From NCBI GenBank assembly GCA_036172245.1, contig JAYWIR010000011.1, positions 248,001 to 312,000 on the forward strand: a stretch of 64,000 bases of DNA, read 5' to 3'. Below the pieces are notes generated by a model. The model had not been told where the DNA came from. It was given only the letters and a program-made list of their open reading frames with translations, and searched no databases. Of this stretch, positions 21,101 through 33,176 are shown one piece after another; position 1 is the stretch's first letter, and each line of letters starts with the position of its first letter. Position numbers and translations under genes: made by a program. Source of the stretch: Raillietiella orientalis (lineage: Eukaryota).

Positions 21101-24100
21101 GCACTAATTTGGAACTTACCTATTGGTGCTCCCAATGCAAAATATGTCGACGGATCAAAGCTAAGAACGGGATAATTTATGAGAGCTTGATTTCCGGGCC
21201 ACAGCAGACACTTTGGGGGAACATCTGTCTCGTCCTGGGCCTCCTTCCATTGACAAAATGAGAAAGTTCATTAACAACACGGCAGACGCCTCGGTCGGAC
21301 CGCTTGCTTCCCTCCGCAGTTTGCACGCACGGTGAGAAACGACTTCAAACGTGGTCTCAGTCTCGCCTCTGCAGCCGAACGCAGAGAAGCTCGAGGTGCG
21401 CCGGATTGAGGTGTCTCACCCTGTATAAGACTGGCCCCTTCCCATCGCAAAAGGAAAAAAAAAAAAAGCGCAAGCACTGCCACTCGACCGAGAATCTCAA
21501 TCGCAAGGCTACAGAACTGCACCGGACAACGGACTGTCCCGCAACGACGAAGGGCTTTCGACCCAGGGACCTGCAGAAAAAGCTTCCCAAAGTCGCCTTC
21601 CACAAAATTTTTTTTTGGCGCCTGTAGTAATTTCGATGTCTTTGCAGCACGCTTACCCTAAACTGGGGATGCCTTGGGGGCGTTGTTAGTGATCCCCAAC
21701 TTGGAAACTCGGAAGGGTTGCCTTTGCTTCCCAAAAGCTGCGCCAGCAACCGACAACACCCCATTGGAACAGGCGCTGGACTTGAAGGCAAAGTCTGGAC
21801 TTTTCTGCAAGTCCACAAACTTTCTTTCTTGTCTTGGATAGTATCTAAGGATAAAGTTGCTTCTTTCCCTACGAGATCTAAACTGTGAATTTCTTAATGA
21901 GGCTCCACCCGGGTCATCTCTATTCATTACATTTGATTCCGTTACCCGTCATCTGCACATAATAGGACCCAAAATGCAATACGGCGAAACGCATCCAAAC
22001 GAAAGAGCCTTGAAGATTCGAAAAAACATCCACACCATCACGTAAAAGTTGACGCTTGCATATCTTTGTCATGCGCTGTTCTTACTGGTCCGTTGCCCAA
22101 TAAGATCAAACGGGGAACTGGAGCAGTAGAAGCACTTTGACTTCGGACACTAGGAAGTCTTTTTAACGTAGTGTCATCGATTCCTAGTTCTCGAAGAGCT
22201 ACGCAATCAGCTTGCAAAAACGCAGATGTCCGCTGAATTACAAAAGTTTCTGGTTCAACAGAACGCGGGTGGTGCGAGCACGTTGTTGAAAAACACGCCC
22301 CACAACCCGAGTGTGATTTGACAAATAAGAATTAGAATACATTTCGAAATTTCCAATAAATTTCTAGTTTTCGTACTGGCACGTCCACAAGACATCCTGA
22401 TAAGGAAGCGATTACTTGATTTCGTAAATGTGCTGAGAATTACGAAATTTGGGACCATTTTTTAACGTGGCAACCCTTAAATGAAGACATGCAGCCGACG
22501 TCTGCTACCTCTTTCGGCCGAAAGACCGAAAAAAGGAGCTGCACGTCTTGCCGATCAGGAACCTTCGGTTTGTAGAGTTTGTAGAGTACCCGGGAGTATA
22601 TCTACTTCCGAGATTTTAAAGCCTACAGGACAGGACCACAATGAAGCAGACAGTGAGTATGCTAATTCTGCACAACACGATGGTATGTAGAATTTCATGA
22701 AACAAAACTTTTTCGTGCGAAAATTGTCGTGCAACTTTATATAAGAACCGCAGCACCAAAGATGAAACACGTATAAAATCAAAAGCACAACAAATTTATT
22801 AATGCGCAGGGAAGCAAAATATCAGGTTTACTATTACAGAAAGCACCATAATGTATCAGAAAACAAATAACATTTAACTGTTCGATTGGGATTCAATCAA
22901 CTGTTAAGGGTTTGCTACTCAATCATGAAGTTCGCTTCGACTATCTACAATTCTCTGCAACCGTGGCTTACCGGTAGTCGATTATATTGGTCTAAATTGT
23001 GGGAATATTTTGTCACAACATCGACAGTAATTACAAACACGCAATGTTTATAATAGAAATCATGCTACTTGCCTTCTGTGCTACACTTGAATCCGCTTTC
23101 TGGTCAGTTTCTGCTGTTTCCAAAAATATACCTTTCGTTTCTGAATCTGTTACATGGCCTAGATGCAAGTTTGCCAATGAAGTCTTTCCTTTCAAAGGAT
23201 GTTTGTCCACAAATGCAGTGTTAGAATTTTCCATCGTATCTTCATTACTGCTAGTCTTTTCTTTAGAAGGTAATGAGTCATCAACATCAAAACTGATGGT
23301 TGAATTAGTAGAATTATTCAAGGATTTTGAAGGCTGATGAGCCAGTATATCAAAGAGAATAATACTCCCTAAGCTATGACCAACAACTGAAACTGTGCCC
23401 CCAAAATATGGGTTTCTCTCAGAGAACAATTGGAAAATTCGATTCAGCTCCCCAGTAACTGTGTCAATTATAATTTGACAGTAAAAATGTGAAGTATAAA
23501 ATAATATATCAATAAGAGTGTCATTAATAAAATTTCGCAGTATAGGAATGCTGTGCAAAGAAATATTTCGCAATTTTTCATCCATACCAGTACTTTCTCC
23601 ATGAAGAGCTTTGTGCCAGCAGATAGGAAGAACTTCCACTCTTCCAACTGCTTTTGCTTCAACGAATGACTTAAAATGAGATTTCAAGATAACTTGAACA
23701 TGTTTTCTGAAATCCTGAACACACAGTATGATATTCTGGAATTTCATGTCACAAACTGGTCCAATCCCATGAACCACAAGGATCAAATGATCAATTTGTG
23801 AAGTCTCATCTTCTTCAGTTTCAAGTTCTCCGATTCCACGCTTCACTGATAAGAGCTTCACACCACTGTCCATACTTGTGGAGGTCCACTCATGCGTACT
23901 CTGAGGTTTTGACTGATGAAACATCATTGTGGGTCCATTAAAATGCACCATTTCAGTGTCTCCTGCCTCAACAGTGACATACCACAGATTTGACTGAAAA
24001 GCCACTTTGTAGTTTTCTTCAAGTTTCTCTGCTATGTTCTCATCATAAGGTACAAGAATTCCAGAAGACAGTTTATAAAACCATGTTGCACGGCATACAG

Positions 24101-25061
24101 GAGCCGACTCCTCTTCCCAATACACAGGAAATCGTAATCTTTTCTTGATGTCAACATCATATCGGCTTCCATTTGTGGGAACAATGTTTTTTGTTTTGGA
24201 TTGAAAAGCTTCTTCCAGGTTATCAGAATCTTTTTTCGAAAAAGGCTTCCAAATACCTTTTTCATTTGAAACACCTTTCAAATAAAACCAATGAGGAACA
24301 ACTTTCTGATAAAACATGGAACAATTTTGGGAATCGAGCTTTTCAGACGTCAAAATTTTGTCCATGTCACATGAAGAATAATCAGGAACAGATTCTGCTT
24401 TTGGGGGGCTTGATTCTGAACTAGCTTCACTTAAACTAGGAGTGCTCCTGAGTGATGAACTTTCATTGGGAGGAACAATTTGCACCTCTGCATTGCTGTT
24501 GTCAACTTTATGACTGCTACATGTTGGAGTAAAAAACAAAGGTCCTGGGGTTTCAGAGGAGGAAGCTGAAGCATTTTCAGCTAGCATACTAAATGGATCT
24601 TCGATTTCTGCTGCAGGAAACATAGAAGATGTCTTTGGGGGAGATGAGGAAGCTGTTTTTTCTTGTAATGCTGAAGCACTCTCATAATTGACAGTTTCTG
24701 GCACGAGCTTTTCATTTTCCACTGAAAATACAGAAACACTTGCTGCAATAAAGCATAATGTACTACAAAAGAACAACTAATTAAGAATCAAAGTGAATAT
24801 GCTTTATAATTTCACACTCAAACAACGAGTTTTTCTTTTTGGTAGTCTGTCTTCTCTTTACACAACAAAACGGACAGTATGTGACAAAACGTTATTCGTC
24901 GGATGCTCGGATCATTGAATGAAATCGAATAAATGGGCCAAGTTACCTTTGGTAGACTCGATCTTTGGAGCAGGAGAGAGAACGATTATCTCCTGCATGT
25001 TCGAAGTGTTTGCTGCCAGTAGCAGTGGAACACCACAAGCTTTTTCATCGCGCTTTTTCAT
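18150..25061 (-). CDS. DDHD2/SEC23IP-family intracellular phospholipase A1 (WWE-like region, lipase core, SAM-like remnant, DDHD domain), about 972 aa
   Basis: complement(join(25061..24947,24721..23073,22232..22086,21243..21120,19248..19054,18965..18799,18752..18562,18480..18150)) is phase-consistent if intron 2 uses a GC donor. Motifs: [38 protein letters not shown], catalytic [75 protein letters not shown]. Exon 1, the middle exons and the extreme C-terminus are less certain. Confidence 0.9.
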
Positions 25062-26702
25062 GATTCCCGACGTTGGATATCTTGCTTTGTGCTGCTATAT
25101 TTCAAACTTCGTGCAATCTGTAGTTCTCACTGGTGTCTGCCAAAGTGCTACACCTGAACGAAATGAAAGCTGGGCGCGCTGGGTTCTTCTGCTTACATGC
25201 TTGTGTTTCTTTCTACGTAGAAAACTCCGTGCAAGAAGCATCCGACAAAGTCGTTTCCGTTCCTACGAAGGGCCCTCGCAACCCAAGGGCACAATTGCTA
25301 GTAATACACTTCTGCGTCATCCGAATCACCTTAAGTTTCACCAACACTCCCCCTAAGCTGCGTCGGCCTTCGTGAACGGCTGAATTTATTGGCAGTTTGA
25401 AGCGTGCTTTTAGCCGAGTTGGCACTTTTCATGTCGGAACCTTCCACGGAGTTCTCGACGGCCTTTTACGTGACATGTGGCGGGGAGGGGAGGGGGGGGG
25501 GGAGGCCACAGCGCATGCGCCGCAGAGCGCGCTTTCCAGAAACGACGCGTTCCTGGGAACCCTGCCGTTGCCAGGTCGCCTCCAGGATGAAACCCGGAGA
25601 ATCGAATCCGAGCCCGAAAGGATCGAAGGACCGACGGCTTCCCCGCTGGGACCTGTTGTTGCTGTTCGGCAAGAGACCAAAGTGGTGGTTCCAGGGAATG
25701 GGGATCTCGGACGGTGGCTCTGGGCGACGGCTCTTCCTCTTTCAAAGCTCACGCTGCAAGTGGCAGCCCACGCCAGGACGAACTGGGTCTGGGGAAAAGC
25801 GTTGGACCGGACACTTGGGGGTGCAGAGGAGGCTCTCCCCTCCACCCCTAAGTGTCCAAGCAGCCCACCTTGGATGTGCAGAAGCCGCCAAAGAGTTCCT
25901 TCGATCGCCCTCGTAAAAGCAGCTCGCGCAGTTGGGTTCAAAAGAGGAGCCAGAAAAAAAAAAAAGGGTTAAAAAAGAAAAATCAGTTCAAAATATGTGC
26001 GAAGGTATTCAAAAAGTGATTGAAAAAAAAAAAAAGAAAAGAAGAGAAAGAGCGTCGTCTCAATGGGATCCTCGCATCCATTCAAAGCTCTTCAGTTCCA
26101 GGGAAAATTCCTATAAATTTGAGCGGAGCCATAACGCCGTGATCGTTCCACTGTGCTTCAAACATTGCGTGATAACAGAGCACGGAGATGGGCCTTCCAC
26201 ATCTTCCCTGAATCCACCACATTGCCTGATGTGGATGCTGGATGTGACGGTACGGTGAGACGCCATGCAAGGCGCGAAAATGCAGAGCCGGGGCGACGTA
26301 GGAAAGCAGGATGGGGGGGGGGAGGGAGGAGGGAGAGGAGGAAGCAATAAAGGAAAAAATGAGAAGCGGAAATAAAACATCATGCGGCAGGCATTTTCGG
26401 AGCCGTTTTCTTCACTCTACCCCCAGGAAATTTCCGATCGCCTGCGGCTGGCTTGCGTCTTCCGACGGTGCGGGACTGCAGCAGCAGACCATCCAAAGGC
26501 ACACTGCGAGGCGTGCCCCGAACGGCTCCACGCGTTCCGAGGGACCGAAAAATGAATCAGTACTCATCTGAAAGTCGATGTGAAAACGCTCTTTAATGCT
26601 CTTTGGCTCCCGTGTTGCTCCGACCATTCCTCTTCCCGTCCGCCGGATCGCTTGCCTTCCGGTCGCTCGTTCTTCCACGTGCACCGCCCAGGGGGAAGGC
26701 AG

Positions 26703-28019
26703 TCAGGCCTCGCAACCGAGTCTCGAAAAAAACCTGTTGACCAGCGAAAGGAATTTATTTGACTTTAGGTCGAACGGCGTCTCGCTGTCGAACGACTCCA
26801 TCGTGACCAGGTTCTGATTCTTGACGGACGGCAGGCTGTGCGTGTGCATCAGCGTGTCGGAGAAGAGAACGGAGTGACTCACTTGAACTTGGCTCAAGAT
26901 GTCGACCGTGCTGCTGCGGCGCACGTAAACCTCCAGCAGCTTCTTCATGTTGAACGGGTTGGCCTCGGGGTCGAGTTGGCTCCTCAGGTCCATAAAGTCC
27001 TCTGGAGCGAAGCACCTGTCCGGGCTGATCCAGTCGTTGTAGATCCTGTCGTAGAAGACCTCGAACAGGAGGCTGACCTCGGGAGACTCCATGACCGACA
27101 ACTTGGATTCCATCCAGCGCTTGTAGTGGCACTTGCAGGCCTCGTAGGCGGACGCGTGGCCCAGCTGGATGTTCACGAGCAGCAGGGCCAAGCAGTAGTT
27201 GGGGTATCTGTGGGCGAATCGGACGATGACGTCTGACCCCAGGCCGTCCCCTATCGCAGCGACGCAGTACGTGACGTTCAAGGTCAGCAGAGCCTTGCAG
27301 ATGTCGTCCACGATCTGATCCAGGGACGGGAAGGGGAAGCTGCACGGGACGTCGACGCTCCCGTATTCCTGACCCGGCAGGGTCACGTACACGAACACCA
27401 GGTGCTTCCCGACGGCTTCCACCATCGTCTTGGATTCGAAGAAACGGTTCATGTAGTGGTAGCTGTACCCGAAGCGGTACACGGCCAGCACGATCCCCGA
27501 CTGGTCCTCGACGCGCCTGGGGCCGGAGACAAAGATGCTGATGGGCCCGCTGCCGTCCGTCCAGACGCTCCTCTGCTCGCTGAGGCGCTCGACCGGCGTC
27601 TCGCAGTTCCTGGAGGACAGGATCTGCGACAGGTACCGCTTCAGCATCCCGGACTCCTTCGTCTGCTTCCTCGCGCGCCTTCCCCTGGCCGGGGAGGCGA
27701 CCGCCTCCGCCTCCTCCGCGCCGCCGCACCTGGGCGCTTCGCTGTAGGCACTCGAGTTGACGGAGCTCCGCAGAGTGCCTCCGCCACCCGGAGGGCACTG
27801 GACGACCTCCGCGTCTCCGCGTCTCCGCCCGCGGGTCTTCCGCAGGCACGGGAGCCGCAGCCGCCTCCGGTGGGAGGAGCTCCGGACGCGCTCGTCCCCG
27901 AGGTCGCAGTCCTCGTCGCCGCCGCTTGGGCGCTCGTCGTCGTCGTCGCCGCCCGGAGCAGGAGGAACAGGGGCAGTCCCGTTCCCGCTCTTCCGGATCC
28001 GCCTAAACGCGGCCCGCAT
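26703..28019 (-). CDS. Divergent NDRG-family (non-catalytic alpha/beta-hydrolase fold) protein, apparently intronless, about 438 aa
   Basis: Long ORF with strongly G/C-ending codons; first ATG at 28019. VYVTLPGQEYGSVDVPCSFPFPSLDQIVDDI...AAIGDGLGSDVIVRFAHRYPNYCLALLLVN resembles the NDRG pattern HVDAPGQEEGA...YPSMD.LA...IG.GVGAGA.IL.RFAL.HP..V.GL.L.N. The C-terminal KFLSLVNRFFSRLG parallels KL.EAF.YFLQG.G. Confidence 0.75.
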   Translation of the reverse strand: MRAAFRRIRKSGNGTAPVPPAPGGDDDDERPSGGDEDCDLGDERVRSSSHRRRLRLPCLRKTRGRRRGDAEVVQCPPGGGGTLRSSVNSSAYSEAPRCGGAEEAEAVASPARGRRARKQTKESGMLKRYLSQILSSRNCETPVERLSEQRSVWTDGSGPISIFVSGPRRVEDQSGIVLAVYRFGYSYHYMNRFFESKTMVEAVGKHLVFVYVTLPGQEYGSVDVPCSFPFPSLDQIVDDICKALLTLNVTYCVAAIGDGLGSDVIVRFAHRYPNYCLALLLVNIQLGHASAYEACKCHYKRWMESKLSVMESPEVSLLFEVFYDRIYNDWISPDRCFAPEDFMDLRSQLDPEANPFNMKKLLEVYVRRSSTVDILSQVQVSHSVLFSDTLMHTHSLPSVKNQNLVTMESFDSETPFDLKSNKFLSLVNRFFSRLGCEA

Positions 28020-30568
28020 GTCGCCGGAGCTGCCGCATGTCTGCTCCCGGAAAATTTCGAGTCGCCGACCGGAGGCGCCCTCGGGCTGCGTTCTCAGAGC
28101 GCCCGGTGCCTCCGCCGCGCACCATCGCACACAACTAACGGATCAAAAATAAAAAATAAAAAAGGAAAAAAAAAATAAAAAATAAAAACCTGCCCGTCTC
28201 CATGGTTATCGGGTAGGCGGCCCCGTGTCCTCCAGCGGTGCAGTCTCCGCTCGCCACCGTGGACATGGGAAGGGACGAACTGATCCTCCCCTGTCTTCCG
28301 CCCACCTGTGGGGGAAGGCCGCTCGAGCAAATGACCCACCCACGCTGCCTGCCGCGAAAGACGGGGGAGGAGGTCCTGCCAACTTGGAAGCTTCCCGGGG
28401 GCGCTCGAAAAGTGTCCCCGGGCAGGAAAGGTGGGGCCGACGCTTGGAAAAAGAAAACGACGGTGGATCACCGGAGGCGCTGACGAGTGATTACAGAATG
28501 CAAGCGCGGGGGGCCGGTTGATCTCAGCCCCTTTCTTTTTTTGCTTTTTTATCGACCGAGGGCATGAGGCTTCCCTTGGTCTCCTTGCACGTTGCTGCTG
28601 CCCCTCGGCTTCCGATCTGAAGCTCCCGTCTCACTTCCGGATGGCGCGCTTCTCCGCGCCTGGTACAGAAGAATGCCAGACGAGGGAAATGGAACTCTGG
28701 ACCGTTCTTCCCCCCTGTGGGCGCGCAAAGTTGCCGGATGGATCGCTGCCGCGTCCTGACCACCCCGCAGGGGCGAAGGGGGCATTCACTCCTTCCCCTT
28801 CCGGCAAGCACGGGTCTGTGGAAGCAAGCGCTGGCACAACCACCGACAGTTGCGGGACCGACCGCGAGAGGGTAGGCACAGCACGATCCGTTCAGCGCAT
28901 CCAGCTCCAGGAGACGCCTACGCGCCCCTGGCCTTGAAAGAGTTACGGGCGTATGGACGAAAGGGAGGAGGAGGAGGAGAGGACAAGGGAATTGGGGGCG
29001 CGGGCGGTAGGGGAGTGGCGGTGGTGCCGGTGGGTGCTCCCATCGAGCCCCTCGCTGGTAGCAAACGGAGTTTTCTGACTTCTTGCCGGGAATGCTGATC
29101 CACGATTGGTGTGGCCTTGCCACGAAATGAAGGCGCCTGGACTGCAGACAGATGCGGCCTCAGTTCAAGTTCCTCCTCCTTTCCTCCCCACCGCTTCCTT
29201 CCCTCTCCTCCCCTGGTATCGAGGCAGCCCTCACGGGAGATCGCAAGGGCGCGATCGAAGCGCCGTCGCTCCGAAGCGGCGGATGGCGCTGTTCCTCTCG
29301 AGGGGACTGCGCTGAAGGAACACTCCCAGCTTCCCTGCCAAGCCCCGTGTCTTTTTCTTTTCCCAGCGCGCGGCTCTCCTCCCCCCTCCCCCCCACCGAC
29401 GGCGACGGTGACAGTTCCCAGATGTACACACGCCGGCCGCAGGACGAGAGCAATGTGGAAGAGCCCTGGTAGCGTTGGGGCTGCACACGACGGCGACGCC
29501 TTCTCCCATACCGTGTCGCCGCCATCTTGCAGAGGAGCTCGCGGAGACGGCCATCTCCCTCTCGCTGCCCCGCGGCCGGATTGGCCGCCTGCTGCCGCCC
29601 CACGCACCGCCTGCCGCGGCGGCTGGCGCGCTCGCGCTGCTTGGCCCCGCCTACGTCGCGCCGGAGACAACTTCCCGGCTCACCCCTTTCGCATCCCAGC
29701 ACAGGTGCGTGGGGCAGCAGCGTGCGTTCGGCTCGCGAGGGATCGGGGCAAATCCACTAGTGCAGCGGGCAGATCGCGGTTCCCTGCGACGTCCATCGGG
29801 TCTGCCGGAAAGCCGCCGAACACTGATTGGTAGGAGGGATGACGTCACGTTTGCGCATACCGGTCGATGGACGCAAGCCTGCGGAAACGCCCAAAGCCCC
29901 AGTCAGGGTGGACTCGGGGAAGCAGCGGTTCCACAGGCAGTGCACGGATGGGTGCGCCCCCAGCGCGCCCCAACACAGAAACCAAACGCCCTTGTTGCTT
30001 CCGCCGCGCGCCTGGAGCGGGCTAAAGGAGCAGAGTCTGCTGCATTTCGTCCTCGCAGAGAGGACGACAGAGCTGGCGCGGCGAGCGGCTGGTTGCTGCA
30101 GGCGCTGTGGGTGGGTGCCGCGTTTTCGTCGTCGGTTGGCAAGTCACGCTGCCCGGGAGGAGGAGTGGAAGGAAGACGGGAGGCAGCGGTGGTGCAGGCG
30201 TGGCAGCTTCCAAGCTCCTCCGGTCCACCTCGGGCATGCGCAGAAGCACCGGCTCTGCGAACTGTCTACGGGCCGGTTCCGATCGATGAGAAGAGGGGCT
30301 TCGACGACGCTCACGTGGCCCGAGTCCTCCTCCGCTGCCGGTCCTCGGAGTGGGAGGGAAGGCCGGTGGCGGCGCGCGGCGGCGAACCTACTTGCATTCC
30401 CCGCTCGGCCGAGAGATGGCGGTCGCTCCGGCGCAAAACACGCGGTCCCTTCCCGACGTCGGAGCACGCTTGCACGAAACAAGCGAGTCGGCGGCCGAGG
30501 GATGCCTCCGGGGGAAGCCCCCGGTTCCAGACGGCATACCCGCGGGCGGCTCACGTGACTGGGAAGAA

Positions 30569-31249
30569 ATGCTGACGCCTGACGCCATCGGGATGTGGCG
30601 CTTCTGGCCGCACAGCGGACTCTGGAAGGGTGCCAAGGACCAAGAGCGCTCTTCGCGAGCGGGGGAGTCCGGCCTGAGGGGAAGGGGGTGGGGATCCTCG
30701 TTGCCACCGGACATTCAGGACTGTCTCCTGATGTTTTATCACGGAGGCATCCTGTGTGGCACGAGGCTTCAACACTGGACCGGAAATCCCGACGACGACC
30801 AGTGCCCAAGGTGTGGGTCCATCGAAGATGATCTACACATCTACATCTGTCGCACCCTCGCGAGGAACTGGAAAACCATCAAGAGGGCGGTGCGGATGGA
30901 GGAAACGTAGACGCTGGAGATCCTGAGAGGACTGTTCGAAGGCGAAGACGGAGGCCCCGCTACGATCCCACCGTACGAGTGATCGTGGCCTCCCTCATGA
31001 GAAGTATTCTCATAAGGAGAGCCAAACTTTCCCAAGGTCAAGTGTGCAGTGCCCTGGGTGTTCGATGTGGACTCCTGAAAAACGAAATCAATAACCGAGC
31101 ACGTGGGCGAGTCCCATCCTCGACTTTCCTACACTGCCTCCGGATAGTGAGGAGTGCGGCCAGGACGGTGTAGTGTTATACCCGCATGGACCGCAAGAAA
31201 ACTGTGTTTGTTGTTTGTGTGACTTTAGTGTGAATGTTTTGAAAATAAA
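30569..31249 (+). mobile_element. 5'-truncated, degenerate non-LTR retrotransposon (L1/Tx1-like) 3' end
   Basis: Encodes ...DCLLMFYHGGILCGTRLQHWTGNPDDDQCPRCGSIEDDLHIYICRTLARNWKTIK, the RT-downstream zinc-knuckle pattern typical of LINE ORF2 C-termini. An in-frame TAG at 30908 and a frameshift follow before a further frame ending at 31173, then a TG-rich 3' UTR and AATAAA at 31244. No RT domain upstream. Confidence 0.7.
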
Positions 31250-33176
31250 TTCACCCCACCGCGAGTCGGACTGGGGAAAGAGGGAAGGGGGTGGCATGGG
31301 CGGCTTCACTCCTTCCCCCACCCCCGCCACCTAGGCTGGAGGCGCGAGCGAAGCAACGGACTCCGTCCGACTCCCTGCAAGAGGGCGAGCGACGCTGCCA
31401 CGTGGCCGCCAGCTTGGACCACCTACGGTGAGCAGCCCCCGTCGCATGCTCGGACGGCACCACCACCGCCACCAGCAGCAGCGACATGCAGTCCCTCGGC
31501 GCTCCGGTTGTCCCCAGCAACCTGACCGAGGAGTTGCTTCCTCTCCGGTAGCATTTGGAAGGAGACCGCTTCCTGGGTTCCTCCCCGGTAAGGGCAGGCT
31601 CTCCATCGCGGGGAAGACGATGGGGGGTGAGAAGGGGTCTAGCCCCCTGCCCTCCCTTCCCGTCCCGAGATTTCGGGAGACGACGACCGCGGGGAGGCGC
31701 CGTAGCCGAAGTCATCCCTTTCGACGTGCCCCTGTGAAGCGTGGTAGGCCCTGTAAAGCTCCCAAAAGCCGGCTCCAGGAGTCCTGCCTGCTCGCGTAGC
31801 TCCTGCAGCGCAGGACGCTGGCAGGTGTCCCTTGCGCCCTTCTCTGCTACCGCAACTTCGTCCAGACGCACCGCATCGCCGAAGGGCTAGTTTGGAGGAA
31901 GGTCTCGTGGGCAGACGCGCCTCCTCCTCGGTCATTTCCCTGCTACAAGGGCGTCGGCGGCGCTGCGAGGAACCTCGCCGAGGACGAGCGGCTTCTCTTC
32001 TCCGTAAAGTGCGAAGGGAGAGCCGTCTGCTTTCTCCTTAGCGACGGCCCCTCCCCAGCTTCCTCGGCCGTGGGTGAAGCGGAGGAGCTTGGCAGCTGCA
32101 TGGAGGCTCCAGCCCTGTGAAGGAAGCGCCGTGTCCGCGTCGGGGATTCGTCCCGGATCTCTAAGGTGGGCAGCAGATCCGAAGGGGGATTGCCGGGAGG
32201 AGAGTGCGCTCCGGGAGGACCTCGCACGGCATGGCTTCGCGGTCCCTCTCTTGCTCCCCTCCCGCCGCACTCGGACGTGCCCGCGACCGATGTGGGACGA
32301 CCCGGCCTCCCTGAGACTCGTCTCGGCCGGAACGTGTTTTCCGACAGCTGACGCCCCGCTGCCCGGCCCATCCGCAAGCAAAGGGGAACCCCCCGCGGGT
32401 GGGTCCTTGCCCACGGCACAGTCGTGCGACCTCCAGGAAGATCTGGAAAGGCAGATGGGGCGGGGCAGCGAACAGAGGCGCACCGGGGCAAACGGCGGGG
32501 GACGGGGGGCTAGCTCCTGGCCCTGACGGGTCCGTTTCCGGGTGACTCCCTCGAAGCAGGGAGGCTGCTGACGGCTGCCAAGGCGACGACGGCCTTGCTG
32601 TCCTGCTGATCCTCGTTCCTGGCTGCCGGCGCTCTGCTGCCACGGCTCTGCGGACTGACATCACATATTGGCGGCCGCTGGGACCGAAGGCGCGGCTCCA
32701 TGATGGTCCCGCCGCAGAAAGATCCTCTGTCCCGGTTCAGAGGAACCCTCCGGGTAGGCATATCCGCCCGGAGCGAGGCGCGCGGGCGTCGTTTCCCCTG
32801 GGGGCGCCGGCGCGTTCTCCGCAGGTGATCGCCGGCGTCCTCCCTTCACCGTACAGCCCCTTCATCCCGGGAGGTAAAGAGTGTCCTTTCCCAACTGCGC
32901 CCCAGGTGCGGGGGAAAAGTCGGGTCGTCCCCGCGCACCTGCTGCCGCCGGCCCGCGGGGCGATCGCCCGCGGGCAAATGAGTCGGAAGAGCTGGGCGCA
33001 GGGGCGAAAGGCGAATCGAAACATCTGGTAGCTGCAGGTTCCCCTCCGAGCTGTCCTCGGGACAGCCGCCCGTCGTTTGTCGTCTGCGTCCCGGGTGGAG
33101 TCGGCAAAAACGAGACCTCGAAAATCCAAAAAGGAAGAAAAAAAGGGGGTGGGGTTGCGGTGAATCAAAAACACCT

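Noticed and set aside
23031..24776. 581-aa ORF as a stand-alone gene
   Set aside because: It is a large internal exon of the DDHD gene; both ends of the ORF run into intron sequence.
26755..28178. Overlapping 364-aa and 258-aa ORFs at the NDRG-like locus
   Set aside because: Shadow frames caused by high GC3 in the real ORF.
28500..33100. Numerous 100-366 aa Arg/Pro/Gly/Ala-rich ORFs
   Set aside because: Stop-poor GC-rich sequence is open in many frames at once, with no motif apart from the LINE remnant.
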